NCBI GenBank assembly: GCA_966211675.1
Contig: CBIHPK010000001.1
Span: 27,814 to 91,813, forward strand
Length of the DNA stretch: 64,000 bases
Direction: 5' to 3'
Source of the DNA: an uncultured Myxococcaceae bacterium
GTDB taxonomy: Bacteria > Myxococcota_A > Polyangia > Polyangiales > Ga0077539
Under the pieces are notes generated by a model. The model was not told the origin of the DNA, did not search any database, and worked only from the letters and a program-made list of their open reading frames with translations. The translations under genes were made by a program, and so were the position numbers. This document shows positions 28,708 to 36,668 of the stretch, one piece after another. Within the stretch, counting starts at the first letter, position 1, and each line of letters starts with the position of its first letter.

Positions 28708-30199
28708 CGCCCGAGCGGCGTCGACGCCCCACCAGGGCGAGGCCGAGCAGGCCCGCCCAGGCCGCTGCAGGAGAGGGCGCGACCGCAGCGCCCGCGTCGC
28801 ACTGGCACCCCCCGCCGTCGCCCGCCGCGTCCGGCGGTGGGGCCTCGTCGGCGTCCGGTCCGCCGTCCCACTCGGCGGTCGATCCGTCGGCCTCGACGGT
28901 CGTCGGCACGTCGTCTTCCAGAGCGTCTCCAGGGACGTCGTCCGCCGACGCGTCGACGCCCGCGTCGGGCGCACCCACGTCGGTGATGCCGAGGTCCGCC
29001 GCGGTGGTGGCGTCGCGGCCGGCGTCGACGGGGCTGGCGTCGCTCGGGCTCACGTCCACCCGCACCACGTCCACCCGGGGCACGTCCACCCTCGGAACGT
29101 CGGCGACGGTCGCGTCGAGTCGAGTCCCGGCGTCGCGCACCACGCCGGCGTCCATCGGGGTCGTGAGGGGCGCGAGGGTGATCGATCCGTCGCTCGCGGT
29201 GAGCGGGTCGACGGGCACGTCTCGCATGGCGGCGGAGTGGCCCGCGGCGGTCGCCGTGAGGGTCACCACGTCGCAGGACACGGAGGCGATGGAGAAGGCC
29301 CCGGCGGCGTCGGTGCGGTCGGTGCCGCCCCCGGCGATGGAGACCGAGGCGCCGGCGATGGGGCGGCGGGTCACCCGGTCGCGGACGGTTCCGCGCACGG
29401 TGCCGGTGCAGCGAGGGTCTCGCCAGACGATGCCGAGGTGGTTGGCCACCACGCGCTCGCTCCCGTCGCTCGGGTGGTTGAGCACGCCGCTCCCGGCGAC
29501 GTAGAGCGTGGTCGATCCGCCGCCGTCGTGGTTGAGGCCCCGCCACACGCCGAGCCCCCGCATCACGGCGGCCAGCTCCGGGAGCGTCATGCCGGACGAG
29601 CCCTTCATGCGCCCGTCGACGGTGACGAGGTAGAGCGTTCGGCCGTCGCGAGAGATGCCCGAGGCGGTGCGAGGGTTGCGCACGCTGCACAGGTCGGCCC
29701 CGGCGGGGCACGGGGTGGTGACGCTCACGCCGTCCCAGATGAGCATCGGGTGGCCGCCCACGGCCTGGCGGTACCAGTCGGGCAGGTCGGCGTTGGAGAC
29801 GGCGTCGCGCGGAGAGCGCTGGTAGTCGACGCGCCCGTCGGCGCCTACGGCGAGGAAGCCTTCGCCCGCCCCGTCGGCGTGCCACGCCGTGCCGTCGGCC
29901 ATGGAGAGCCCGCTGGGAACATACCCGCTGAAGTTGAAGAACCCGCCGTTGACCGCGACCTGCACCCCGTAGCGCCGAGCGAAGGTGCCGACGGTGATGC
30001 CGTGGTCGGCCGCGCGGGTGGCGCGCACGCCGATGTGAGGGTCGCGAAGGTCGACGGCGACGGCCCACCAGTGCTGCGTGGCGGTGTCCGTCTCGCCGAT
30101 GCGGATGCCGGGCCGGTAGGTGCGCCAGCGGATCTGCGCCTGCGCCGAAGGGGCCGCCAGAGCGCACGCGAGGAGGAGGGACCAGGCCGTGGATCGCAT
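28688..30199 (-). CDS. Secreted phosphodiester glycosidase (NAGPA/DUF2233) family protein with a MYXO-CTERM-type tail
   Basis: Signal peptide MRSTAWSLLLACALAAPSAQA. NAGPA-like motifs NGGFF...SGISRDGRTLYLVTVDGR...LNHDGGGSTTL. A carboxypeptidase-regulatory-like beta domain, then an acidic spacer. The C-terminus GGGCQCDAG...WAGLLGLALVGRRRR has the Gly-Cys, TM, Arg-rich pattern. Confidence 0.85.
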   Translation of the reverse strand: MRSTAWSLLLACALAAPSAQAQIRWRTYRPGIRIGETDTATQHWWAVAVDLRDPHIGVRATRAADHGITVGTFARRYGVQVAVNGGFFNFSGYVPSGLSMADGTAWHADGAGEGFLAVGADGRVDYQRSPRDAVSNADLPDWYRQAVGGHPMLIWDGVSVTTPCPAGADLCSVRNPRTASGISRDGRTLYLVTVDGRMKGSSGMTLPELAAVMRGLGVWRGLNHDGGGSTTLYVAGSGVLNHPSDGSERVVANHLGIVWRDPRCTGTVRGTVRDRVTRRPIAGASVSIAGGGTDRTDAAGAFSIASVSCDVVTLTATAAGHSAAMRDVPVDPLTASDGSITLAPLTTPMDAGVVRDAGTRLDATVADVPRVDVPRVDVVRVDVSPSDASPVDAGRDATTAADLGITDVGAPDAGVDASADDVPGDALEDDVPTTVEADGSTAEWDGGPDADEAPPPDAAGDGGGCQCDAGAAVAPSPAAAWAGLLGLALVGRRRRSGATARRR

Positions 30200-30291
30200 C
30201 GGCGCCGATCGTACGACAGCCTTCGCGGGGGCTGTTCCCAGGGGAGGGGAATACAGCCCATGCTCGCGGCCATTCTCCCGGAGGTCGACGC

Positions 30292-31464
30292 GTGCTGATC
30301 CTCACAAGCCTGGTGCTGCTCGTCTGGACGCTCCAGCTCTGGCTGGCGCTGCGCATCCGCCGCGCGGTCCCGGTGCTCTCCGAGGTCCCGGTGCTCTCGC
30401 GCGAGGCGTGGCCCCGGCTGTCGATCATCGTGCCCGCGCGCGACGAGGGACTTCACGTGGGCGCGGCGCTCGCGTCGAAGCTCTCGTGCGGATATCCCTC
30501 GCTGGAGGTGGTGGCCATCGACGACCGCTCGACCGACGACACGGGCGCCATCATCGATCGCGCGGCCGCGGCCGACCCTCGAGTGGTCGCGGTGCACGTC
30601 ACGGCGCTCCCGGAGGGATGGCTCGGCAAGGTGCACGCGATGGCCCGCGGGCTGGAGCGGGTCACCGGTGAGTGGGTGCTCTTCAGCGACGCGGACGTGC
30701 ACGTCGAGCCGGGCGTGCTGGAGCGGCTGGTCGCGTGGGCGGAGGCGGGCCGCATCGACCTGGTCGCGGTGTTCCCGAAGATGCACCCGGTGGGCGTGGT
30801 GATCGACGCCGCGCTGGGCTCGATGATCCGGGTGCTCCCGCTGGCGGGCCGCGCGTGGCGAGGCAACGACGACACGAGCTCCATCGGGATGAGCGTCGGC
30901 GCCTTCACGCTGGTGCGCCGCTCGACGCTGGTCGAGAGCGACGTCATCAGCCACCTCCGGATGGAGGTCGCCGACGACGTCGCGCTCGGCGCGTACCTGA
31001 AGCAGCGTGGAGCGCGGTGCCGGGTGCTCGTCGGGCACGCCGACGTGCACCTGGTGTTCATGCACTCGATCGCGGCGCTGGTGCGCAGCGCCGACAAGGG
31101 CGGCGGGATGCTCGGGTTCTCCTGGTGGCGTCCGGTGTTCTTCGGGATCGCTCCGGTGGTCCTCGACGTGGTGATCCCGGTGTGGGCGCTGGCCTCCGGC
31201 GGGGCCGCGGCGGTGGTCGGGGGCGCGTCGCTCGCGGTGGCGACGGCCACGCACCTGGTGCTGTCGCGACACTTCGACGGACCGATCCGCGGCGCGCTGC
31301 TCTGGCCGCTGGGGGAGGCCTTCATGGGGGCGCTCACCCTCCGAGCGGGCCTGCTCGCCTGGAAGGACCAGGGGGTCTACTGGCGCCGGACCTTCTATCC
31401 CCGCGCGGTGCTCGAAGCGGGGCAGAAGCTCGACATGATCTCCATGCGGGTGAAGTCTCCGTAG
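30292..31464 (+). CDS. Family 2 glycosyltransferase, membrane-bound
   Basis: GTG start. N-terminal TM segment. GT2 motifs LSIIVPARDE, VVAIDDRSTDDT and LFSDADV. C-terminal TM helices. Confidence 0.85.
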   Translation: MLILTSLVLLVWTLQLWLALRIRRAVPVLSEVPVLSREAWPRLSIIVPARDEGLHVGAALASKLSCGYPSLEVVAIDDRSTDDTGAIIDRAAAADPRVVAVHVTALPEGWLGKVHAMARGLERVTGEWVLFSDADVHVEPGVLERLVAWAEAGRIDLVAVFPKMHPVGVVIDAALGSMIRVLPLAGRAWRGNDDTSSIGMSVGAFTLVRRSTLVESDVISHLRMEVADDVALGAYLKQRGARCRVLVGHADVHLVFMHSIAALVRSADKGGGMLGFSWWRPVFFGIAPVVLDVVIPVWALASGGAAAVVGGASLAVATATHLVLSRHFDGPIRGALLWPLGEAFMGALTLRAGLLAWKDQGVYWRRTFYPRAVLEAGQKLDMISMRVKSP

Positions 31465-31480
31465 GCCTTCGGGGCCCCGC

Positions 31481-32974
31481 TCACCCCCCGACCATCCACG
31501 CTCCCAGCGTCGCGTCCGTCGCCTCGCTCGCCGCCACCTCGCCCACGACCTCGCCCTGCCGCAGCACCATCACCCGGTCGCTCAGCGCTCGCAGCTCGTC
31601 CAGCTCCGACGACACCAGCACCACCGCCACGCCCTTCGCCCGCAGGCCCCGCAGCGCCTCGCGGATCACCTCCGCCGCCCTCAGGTCGACCCCCCTCGTG
31701 GGCTGCGCCACCAGCAGCAGCCGCGTCGCCGTCCGCAGCTCTCTCGCCATCAGCACCTTCTGCTGGTTGCCCCCGGACAGCGACGAGAGCGCCGCGTCCG
31801 GGTCCGTCGGCCGCACGTCGAAGCGCGCGATCGCCTCCCTCGCGACCTCCCTCGCCGCCGCCCCGTCGTAGCGGCCTCCCAGGGTCGCCGCCGCCACCTC
31901 GCCCAGCGCCAGGTTCTCCGCCACCGTGAGCTCGCCGAAGAGCCCGTGACCCTCGCGGTCCTCCGGGACGAAGCCGACGCCCCGGGCGCGCCGACCGGCC
32001 ACCGTCTCTCGCGTCACGTCCTCGCCGCCCAGGGCGATCGTGCCCGCCTCGCAAGGGCGCAGCCCGGCGAGCATCTCCAGCAGCGCCCGCTGCCCGTTGC
32101 CCTCGACCCCAGCCACCCCCAGCACCTCGCCCGCCCGTAGCGCCAGCGTGAACGGACCCGCTCCCCCGCCTCGCACCTCGCGCATCGCCAGCGCCTCGCC
32201 CGCGGTCCCCTCCTTCAGCGCGCCCGTCTTACCCGACGCGGTATGCTGCGCGTCGCCGACCACCGCCGCGACCACCGCCTCTCGGCTCGTCGCCGCCGCC
32301 TCCGCGGTCAGCGCCACCTTGCCCCGGCGCAGCACGGTGATCTCGTCCGCCACCGCGAAGACCTCGTCGAGCTTGTGCGTCACCAGCAGCACCGCCGCGC
32401 CCTGCGCCGCCATCGCTCGGATCGCCCCCAGCAGCCCCGACACCTCCGCGGGCGAGAGCACCGCCGTGGGCTCGTCGAGCAGCACCACCGTCGCCCCGCG
32501 GTGCAGCACCTTCAGGATCTCCACCCGCTGCCGCTCGCCCACGCCCAGCGAGGCCACCGTGGCCGACGGGTCCACGGGCATCCCTCGCGCCTCGGCCAGC
32601 GAGCGAACGCGGGCGTCCATCGCGGCCCGGTCGATCAGCCACCCGAAGGGACCGCGCCGGGGCTCGGCGCCCAGCACGACGTTCTCGGCGACGGTGAGCG
32701 CCTCGGCCAGCATGAAGTGCTGGTGCACCACGCCGATGCCCGCACCGAGCGCGGCGCGCACGTCCCCGGAGGGGAGCTCGGAGTCGTCGACCAGGACGCT
32801 CCCCGCGTCGGCGGCGACCAGGCCGCAGAGGCATCGGATGAGGGTGCTCTTGCCCGCGCCGTTCTCGCCGACGAGCGCGTGCACCCGGCCGGGGGTGAGG
32901 GTGAGGGAGACGCCGTCGAGCACGACGCAGTCGCCGTAGGCCTTGCTCAGGCCGAGCGCTCGCAGCGTCGGCAT
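31481..32974 (-). CDS. ABC transporter ATP-binding protein with duplicated NBDs (sugar/nucleoside-importer type)
   Basis: Walker A GENGAGKST, LGVGERQRVEILK, Walker B VVLLDEPT, a second signature LSGGNQQKVLMAREL, and LLVAQPTRGVD. Confidence 0.9.
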   Translation of the reverse strand: MPTLRALGLSKAYGDCVVLDGVSLTLTPGRVHALVGENGAGKSTLIRCLCGLVAADAGSVLVDDSELPSGDVRAALGAGIGVVHQHFMLAEALTVAENVVLGAEPRRGPFGWLIDRAAMDARVRSLAEARGMPVDPSATVASLGVGERQRVEILKVLHRGATVVLLDEPTAVLSPAEVSGLLGAIRAMAAQGAAVLLVTHKLDEVFAVADEITVLRRGKVALTAEAAATSREAVVAAVVGDAQHTASGKTGALKEGTAGEALAMREVRGGGAGPFTLALRAGEVLGVAGVEGNGQRALLEMLAGLRPCEAGTIALGGEDVTRETVAGRRARGVGFVPEDREGHGLFGELTVAENLALGEVAAATLGGRYDGAAAREVAREAIARFDVRPTDPDAALSSLSGGNQQKVLMARELRTATRLLLVAQPTRGVDLRAAEVIREALRGLRAKGVAVVLVSSELDELRALSDRVMVLRQGEVVGEVAASEATDATLGAWMVGG

Positions 32975-33990
32975 CAGTGCGGGTCGGGGTGCGCGGTGGC
33001 GTGCGGGTCGAAGGGCGGCAGGTTGCCCAGCTCACCAGGGGGCAGGTGGATGAGGTCGAGCCGCTCCTCGTGCACCTCCGGGTGCAGCCGGTCGCGCGCC
33101 TCCTGGAGCAGCGCCGCGGTGCGCTGCGTGCGACGGTCGCGCACCAGGAAGCCCCGGATCGTCGCCACCACCCCGGGGTCGCTCACGTCGCGCCGCAGCG
33201 CCGGGCGCGTGCCGGTGAGCACCCCGACGCCGAAGCGGTTGTTGGCCAGCGCCACGGGCTGCGGCGTGACGTCCATCTCGCGGGCGAGGGTGAACACCGC
33301 CGAGGCCAGCGCCGGATCGACCGGCTGACCGTCGCCCGTGGGCGCCCCGCTGCGCTGGAAGTAGAACACGTCTCCCTCGCGGGCCTTGGAGGGCTCGTCG
33401 ACCGAGCGCTCGCGCACCAGCTCCCGCACCCGGCGCAGGTCGCCGCGGGCGGCGCGCACCTCCGCGATGGTCCTCGCGGCGGTCTCGCGGTCGGCGGTGA
33501 TGATCACCGTCGCGCGTCGGTACTCGGGCTGCTGGTAGTCCGTGAGATGCGCCTGGTAGTACGCGCTCACCTCGCTCGCGGGGATGGACTCCGGCGTCAC
33601 GGCCTCGAGCACCGCGCGCTGCTCCAGGCGCTGCGACAGGATGCGCCGCACCGAGGCGGACACCTCGGGGTTGCGGTCGAGCCCCTGCCGCCTCGCCTCG
33701 CCGGCCAGGAGGTAGGTGGTCACCAGGTGCTCGAGGTACGCGCGCCGCTCCTCGGGCGCGAGGTAGCGCTGGCGCACGGGGCCGGGGGCCTCGTTGAGCA
33801 TGTCCTCGAACTCGCCGACGGTGATCGTCTGGTCGCCGACGCGGGCCACCACCTGCGCTCGACGGGCGGCCTCCGCGGGCGTCACCCCGGCGTCGGCGGC
33901 GGGCTGGGGCACGGGCTGAGCGCCCGCGGCGACGGGGCACAGCAGGCCGAGGAAGAACAGCGGGAGCAGGCGCGCAACAGGGCTTCGCAT
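32974..33990 (-). CDS. Secreted SurA/PrsA-like parvulin-type peptidyl-prolyl isomerase family protein
   Basis: Internal start MRSPVARLLPLFFLGLLCPVAAGA is a signal peptide. A SurA-N-like helical region (VARVGDQTITVGEFEDML) is followed by a PpiC-like segment. The stop overlaps the ABC ATPase start as ATGA at 32972-32976. Confidence 0.7.
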   Translation of the reverse strand: MRSPVARLLPLFFLGLLCPVAAGAQPVPQPAADAGVTPAEAARRAQVVARVGDQTITVGEFEDMLNEAPGPVRQRYLAPEERRAYLEHLVTTYLLAGEARRQGLDRNPEVSASVRRILSQRLEQRAVLEAVTPESIPASEVSAYYQAHLTDYQQPEYRRATVIITADRETAARTIAEVRAARGDLRRVRELVRERSVDEPSKAREGDVFYFQRSGAPTGDGQPVDPALASAVFTLAREMDVTPQPVALANNRFGVGVLTGTRPALRRDVSDPGVVATIRGFLVRDRRTQRTAALLQEARDRLHPEVHEERLDLIHLPPGELGNLPPFDPHATAHPDPH

Positions 33991-34066
33991 CGGTGGCAAC
34001 CCGGGTCGCACGGCCCCGCCCGCGACGTCAAGCGCGGCCCCGACGTGATAGCGTGCGGGTGCGCCC

Positions 34067-35107
34067 ATGCGATGCCTCCAGTGCCAGAGCCGCGTGACGC
34101 CGACGATGCGCCGCTGCCTTCGGTGCGGGGCGGTGCTCCCCAAGCCCGGGGCGCTCACCATCGAGACACTGGCCCGGCCGGCCGCGCCCTACGCCTCGGG
34201 CGACCGGGTGGTGGGGCGCTACCGCATCCTCGAAGCGCACGGCTCGGGGCCGCTCGGGACGACGTACCGGGCGCACGATCCGACGGGGCGCACCATGGCC
34301 GTGAAGGTGCTGCCCCCGGCGCTCTTCCCGGGGGACACGGAGCGGCGGGAGTTCGTCGAGCGCTACGGAGCGCTCTGCGGCCGGACGCTGCCCGGCGCGG
34401 CGCTTCCGCTGGAGGTGGGCGTCGACAACGAGGTGGTCTTCGTGGCCTCGACCTGGGTGTACGGCGCGTCGCTGCGCTCCATCGTGCGAGCCTACCGCGC
34501 GGCCGACCGGCGGCTGGAGCGCGACCAGGTGCTGGGCGTATTGCGCGGCGTCTACGAGGGACTGCGCTCGCTGCACGCGATGACCACCCACGGGGCGGTG
34601 TACCCGGAGAACGTCTCGGTCACCTCCGACGCGGTGGTGCTTCTCGACCCGGGCCTCGCCGCCGCGCTGCCGCCGCGGAGGTTCGTCGAGCGCGTCGAGC
34701 GGGCGCCGGAGGTCTGGCCCTACATCGCCCCGGAGCTTCGCGTGGGCAAGCGCGCCAACGCCGGGGCCGACCTCTTCGCGCTCGGGGCCCTCGCCTCGGA
34801 GCTGCTCACCGGCGACCCCGCTCGCTCCTCGTCGCCGGACTTCACCGCCGCCGACCTGGGGACGGCGCTCGAAGGGGCGATGCGCGCCGCGGTCTCGGCG
34901 CAGGCCTCGCGGCGGGTGTCCGCGGTGCCCGACCTGCTCGCCGGGCTCGCGCAGATCGCGGGCGAAGCGTCGCTGCCGCCCTACGCGCCGCTGCCGTCGC
35001 CGTCGGAGATGGTCGACGCTCGCACCCGCCGGGTGATATTGCGGGGCCCCGCGGGCGCCCGTCCGACGCCGCCGCGGTCACCCCGGCGCGAGCGCAAGGT
35101 CGGTTGA
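34067..35107 (+). CDS. Zinc-ribbon plus kinase-like domain protein (predicted pseudokinase)
   Basis: N-terminus CLQC...CLRCG. Retains GSGPLGT, MAVKVL, DPG and YIAPE. The catalytic loop is HGAVYPEN (34589-34612) rather than HRDLKPEN. Confidence 0.75.
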   Translation: MRCLQCQSRVTPTMRRCLRCGAVLPKPGALTIETLARPAAPYASGDRVVGRYRILEAHGSGPLGTTYRAHDPTGRTMAVKVLPPALFPGDTERREFVERYGALCGRTLPGAALPLEVGVDNEVVFVASTWVYGASLRSIVRAYRAADRRLERDQVLGVLRGVYEGLRSLHAMTTHGAVYPENVSVTSDAVVLLDPGLAAALPPRRFVERVERAPEVWPYIAPELRVGKRANAGADLFALGALASELLTGDPARSSSPDFTAADLGTALEGAMRAAVSAQASRRVSAVPDLLAGLAQIAGEASLPPYAPLPSPSEMVDARTRRVILRGPAGARPTPPRSPRRERKVG

Positions 35108-35171
35108 GCGATCGGCGCGCGGAGTCTGCTAGTGTCGAGGATTCCTCTCCGAGTGAGCACCTGAGGTTGGT

Positions 35172-36662
35172 GTGAGCGTCCCCAGCGCGTGTCCGCATTG
35201 TCAGAAGCCGCTGCCCGACGGGTACATCGGCAAGGCCTGCCCGCACTGCCGCGGGGCGCTCGCCAACAAGCGCAAGCGCTCGCTGTCGGGCTTCTCCTTC
35301 CAGGCGATGCAGCCCTCCATGGCCGGGTCGTCTCGGCCGCCGCACTCGCCCCACTCCAGCGGTCCCCCGCGGGAGGTCGTCGAAGACCGCTGGGACCTCC
35401 CCGATCACGGCGTCGAGGCCTCGCGAGAGCGGGGGGCGGTGCCTCCGGCCGCGCCCACGGGCTTTCCCGCGGTGCCGTCGCCCTCTCCCGTCGCCTCGCC
35501 GACGCGCGCCTCGGGGCCCGACCCCATCCGCACGACGGCCCTCCTCGACCCCTTCGCCTGGAACCTCGACCACGCCCAGTCCCCCGCCGCCGCTCCCGCG
35601 CGCAGCAGCGTGCTCGATGTGCGAACGCTGCGGCAGACCGCGCTCGGGGTGGGCGCCCAGGCCGCTCCCTCGCCGCACCCTCCGGGCCCCTCCGCGGCGG
35701 CTGGGCCCTCCATGGCGGCGCTCCGCTCGACCGCGCTGGGCATCGCGCCGATGCCCGCGGCCCCGGCCTCGACGACGGACTTCGAGGACTCCGACGACGT
35801 GTTCGAGGCCGACGCCTTCCCGCTGGTTCGCAGCACCCAGCCCTCCGGGACCACGGTCCCGACGAGGCCTCCTCCGTCGCTCGACTCCGCTGGCGAGATG
35901 CACGAGGGCATCGAGATCCCCTCGTCTCCGGCCCCCGACTTCGAGCTCGGCTCGCACTACGCCGACCTCGAGGGGGGCGACCCCCGCCCCTCGCAGATGC
36001 CGGCCTACTCGCCCCTTCGCGCGCCTCCCTCGCTCCATCCCCCTCCGGCCACTCCGGTCGCGTGGGTCTGGTCCATCGGCGGCGCGGCGCTGGTCCTGTC
36101 CGCGGTGGTCGCGCTGCGCTCGGCCCCGCTGGCGGTCGCCCTCCGCGCGGCCGCCGGGGCGGCGTCGCTGCTCATGCTGGCCCGCTTCGGCGGCCTCTCG
36201 ATGCGGGCGCTGCTGCTCCTGCTGGTGGCCCTCCCGGCGCTGGCGCAGGAGGCGCTCTCCATCGCCTCGCTCTCCCGCGCCGGGGCCGCGGTGCTCACCG
36301 GCGCGCTGGTGCTGCTCCCGGCCGGCGCGTGGATCTCCTCCGATCGCGCCCTGGTGCGCCGCGCGCTCCTGCTCGCGGGCGTCGTGCTGACGGTGGCCGC
36401 GATGCTGATGCCGGGCGGGGTCGCTCGCCCGTGGGCCTTCGGCGCGATGCCGGCGCTGGTGCTGGCGCTGGTGGCGATGGCGACCCCGGTCCGCCCGGTC
36501 TCCGCCGCCCTCACCGTGGCGCTGATGGCGTGGGCCGCGGCGTGCGGCGCGAGCGACGGCGGCCCGACGCTGCCCGCGGTCGCGACGGGCCTGGCGACGG
36601 CCGCGCTGGTGCTGCTGTGCGGCCGGGCGCTGGCCGCGGTGGTGGAGAGCGACGAGGGGTAA
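35172..36662 (+). CDS. Zinc-ribbon, Pro/Ser-rich linker, multi-TM membrane protein (function unknown)
   Basis: GTG start. N-terminus CPHCQKPL...CPHCRG. A low-complexity P/S/A region of about 280 aa. About six hydrophobic helices fill the last roughly 190 aa. Confidence 0.7.
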   Translation: MSVPSACPHCQKPLPDGYIGKACPHCRGALANKRKRSLSGFSFQAMQPSMAGSSRPPHSPHSSGPPREVVEDRWDLPDHGVEASRERGAVPPAAPTGFPAVPSPSPVASPTRASGPDPIRTTALLDPFAWNLDHAQSPAAAPARSSVLDVRTLRQTALGVGAQAAPSPHPPGPSAAAGPSMAALRSTALGIAPMPAAPASTTDFEDSDDVFEADAFPLVRSTQPSGTTVPTRPPPSLDSAGEMHEGIEIPSSPAPDFELGSHYADLEGGDPRPSQMPAYSPLRAPPSLHPPPATPVAWVWSIGGAALVLSAVVALRSAPLAVALRAAAGAASLLMLARFGGLSMRALLLLLVALPALAQEALSIASLSRAGAAVLTGALVLLPAGAWISSDRALVRRALLLAGVVLTVAAMLMPGGVARPWAFGAMPALVLALVAMATPVRPVSAALTVALMAWAAACGASDGGPTLPAVATGLATAALVLLCGRALAAVVESDEG

Positions 36663-36668
36663 GGAGGG

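Noticed and set aside
29051-29091. Short-period direct repeats (15-nt x3 here, 24-nt x2.4 at 26968-27024) considered as possible CRISPR or intergenic repeat elements
   Set aside because: They lie inside well-supported coding frames, lack unique spacers and encode low-complexity peptide linkers. They are coding tandem repeats, not CRISPR.
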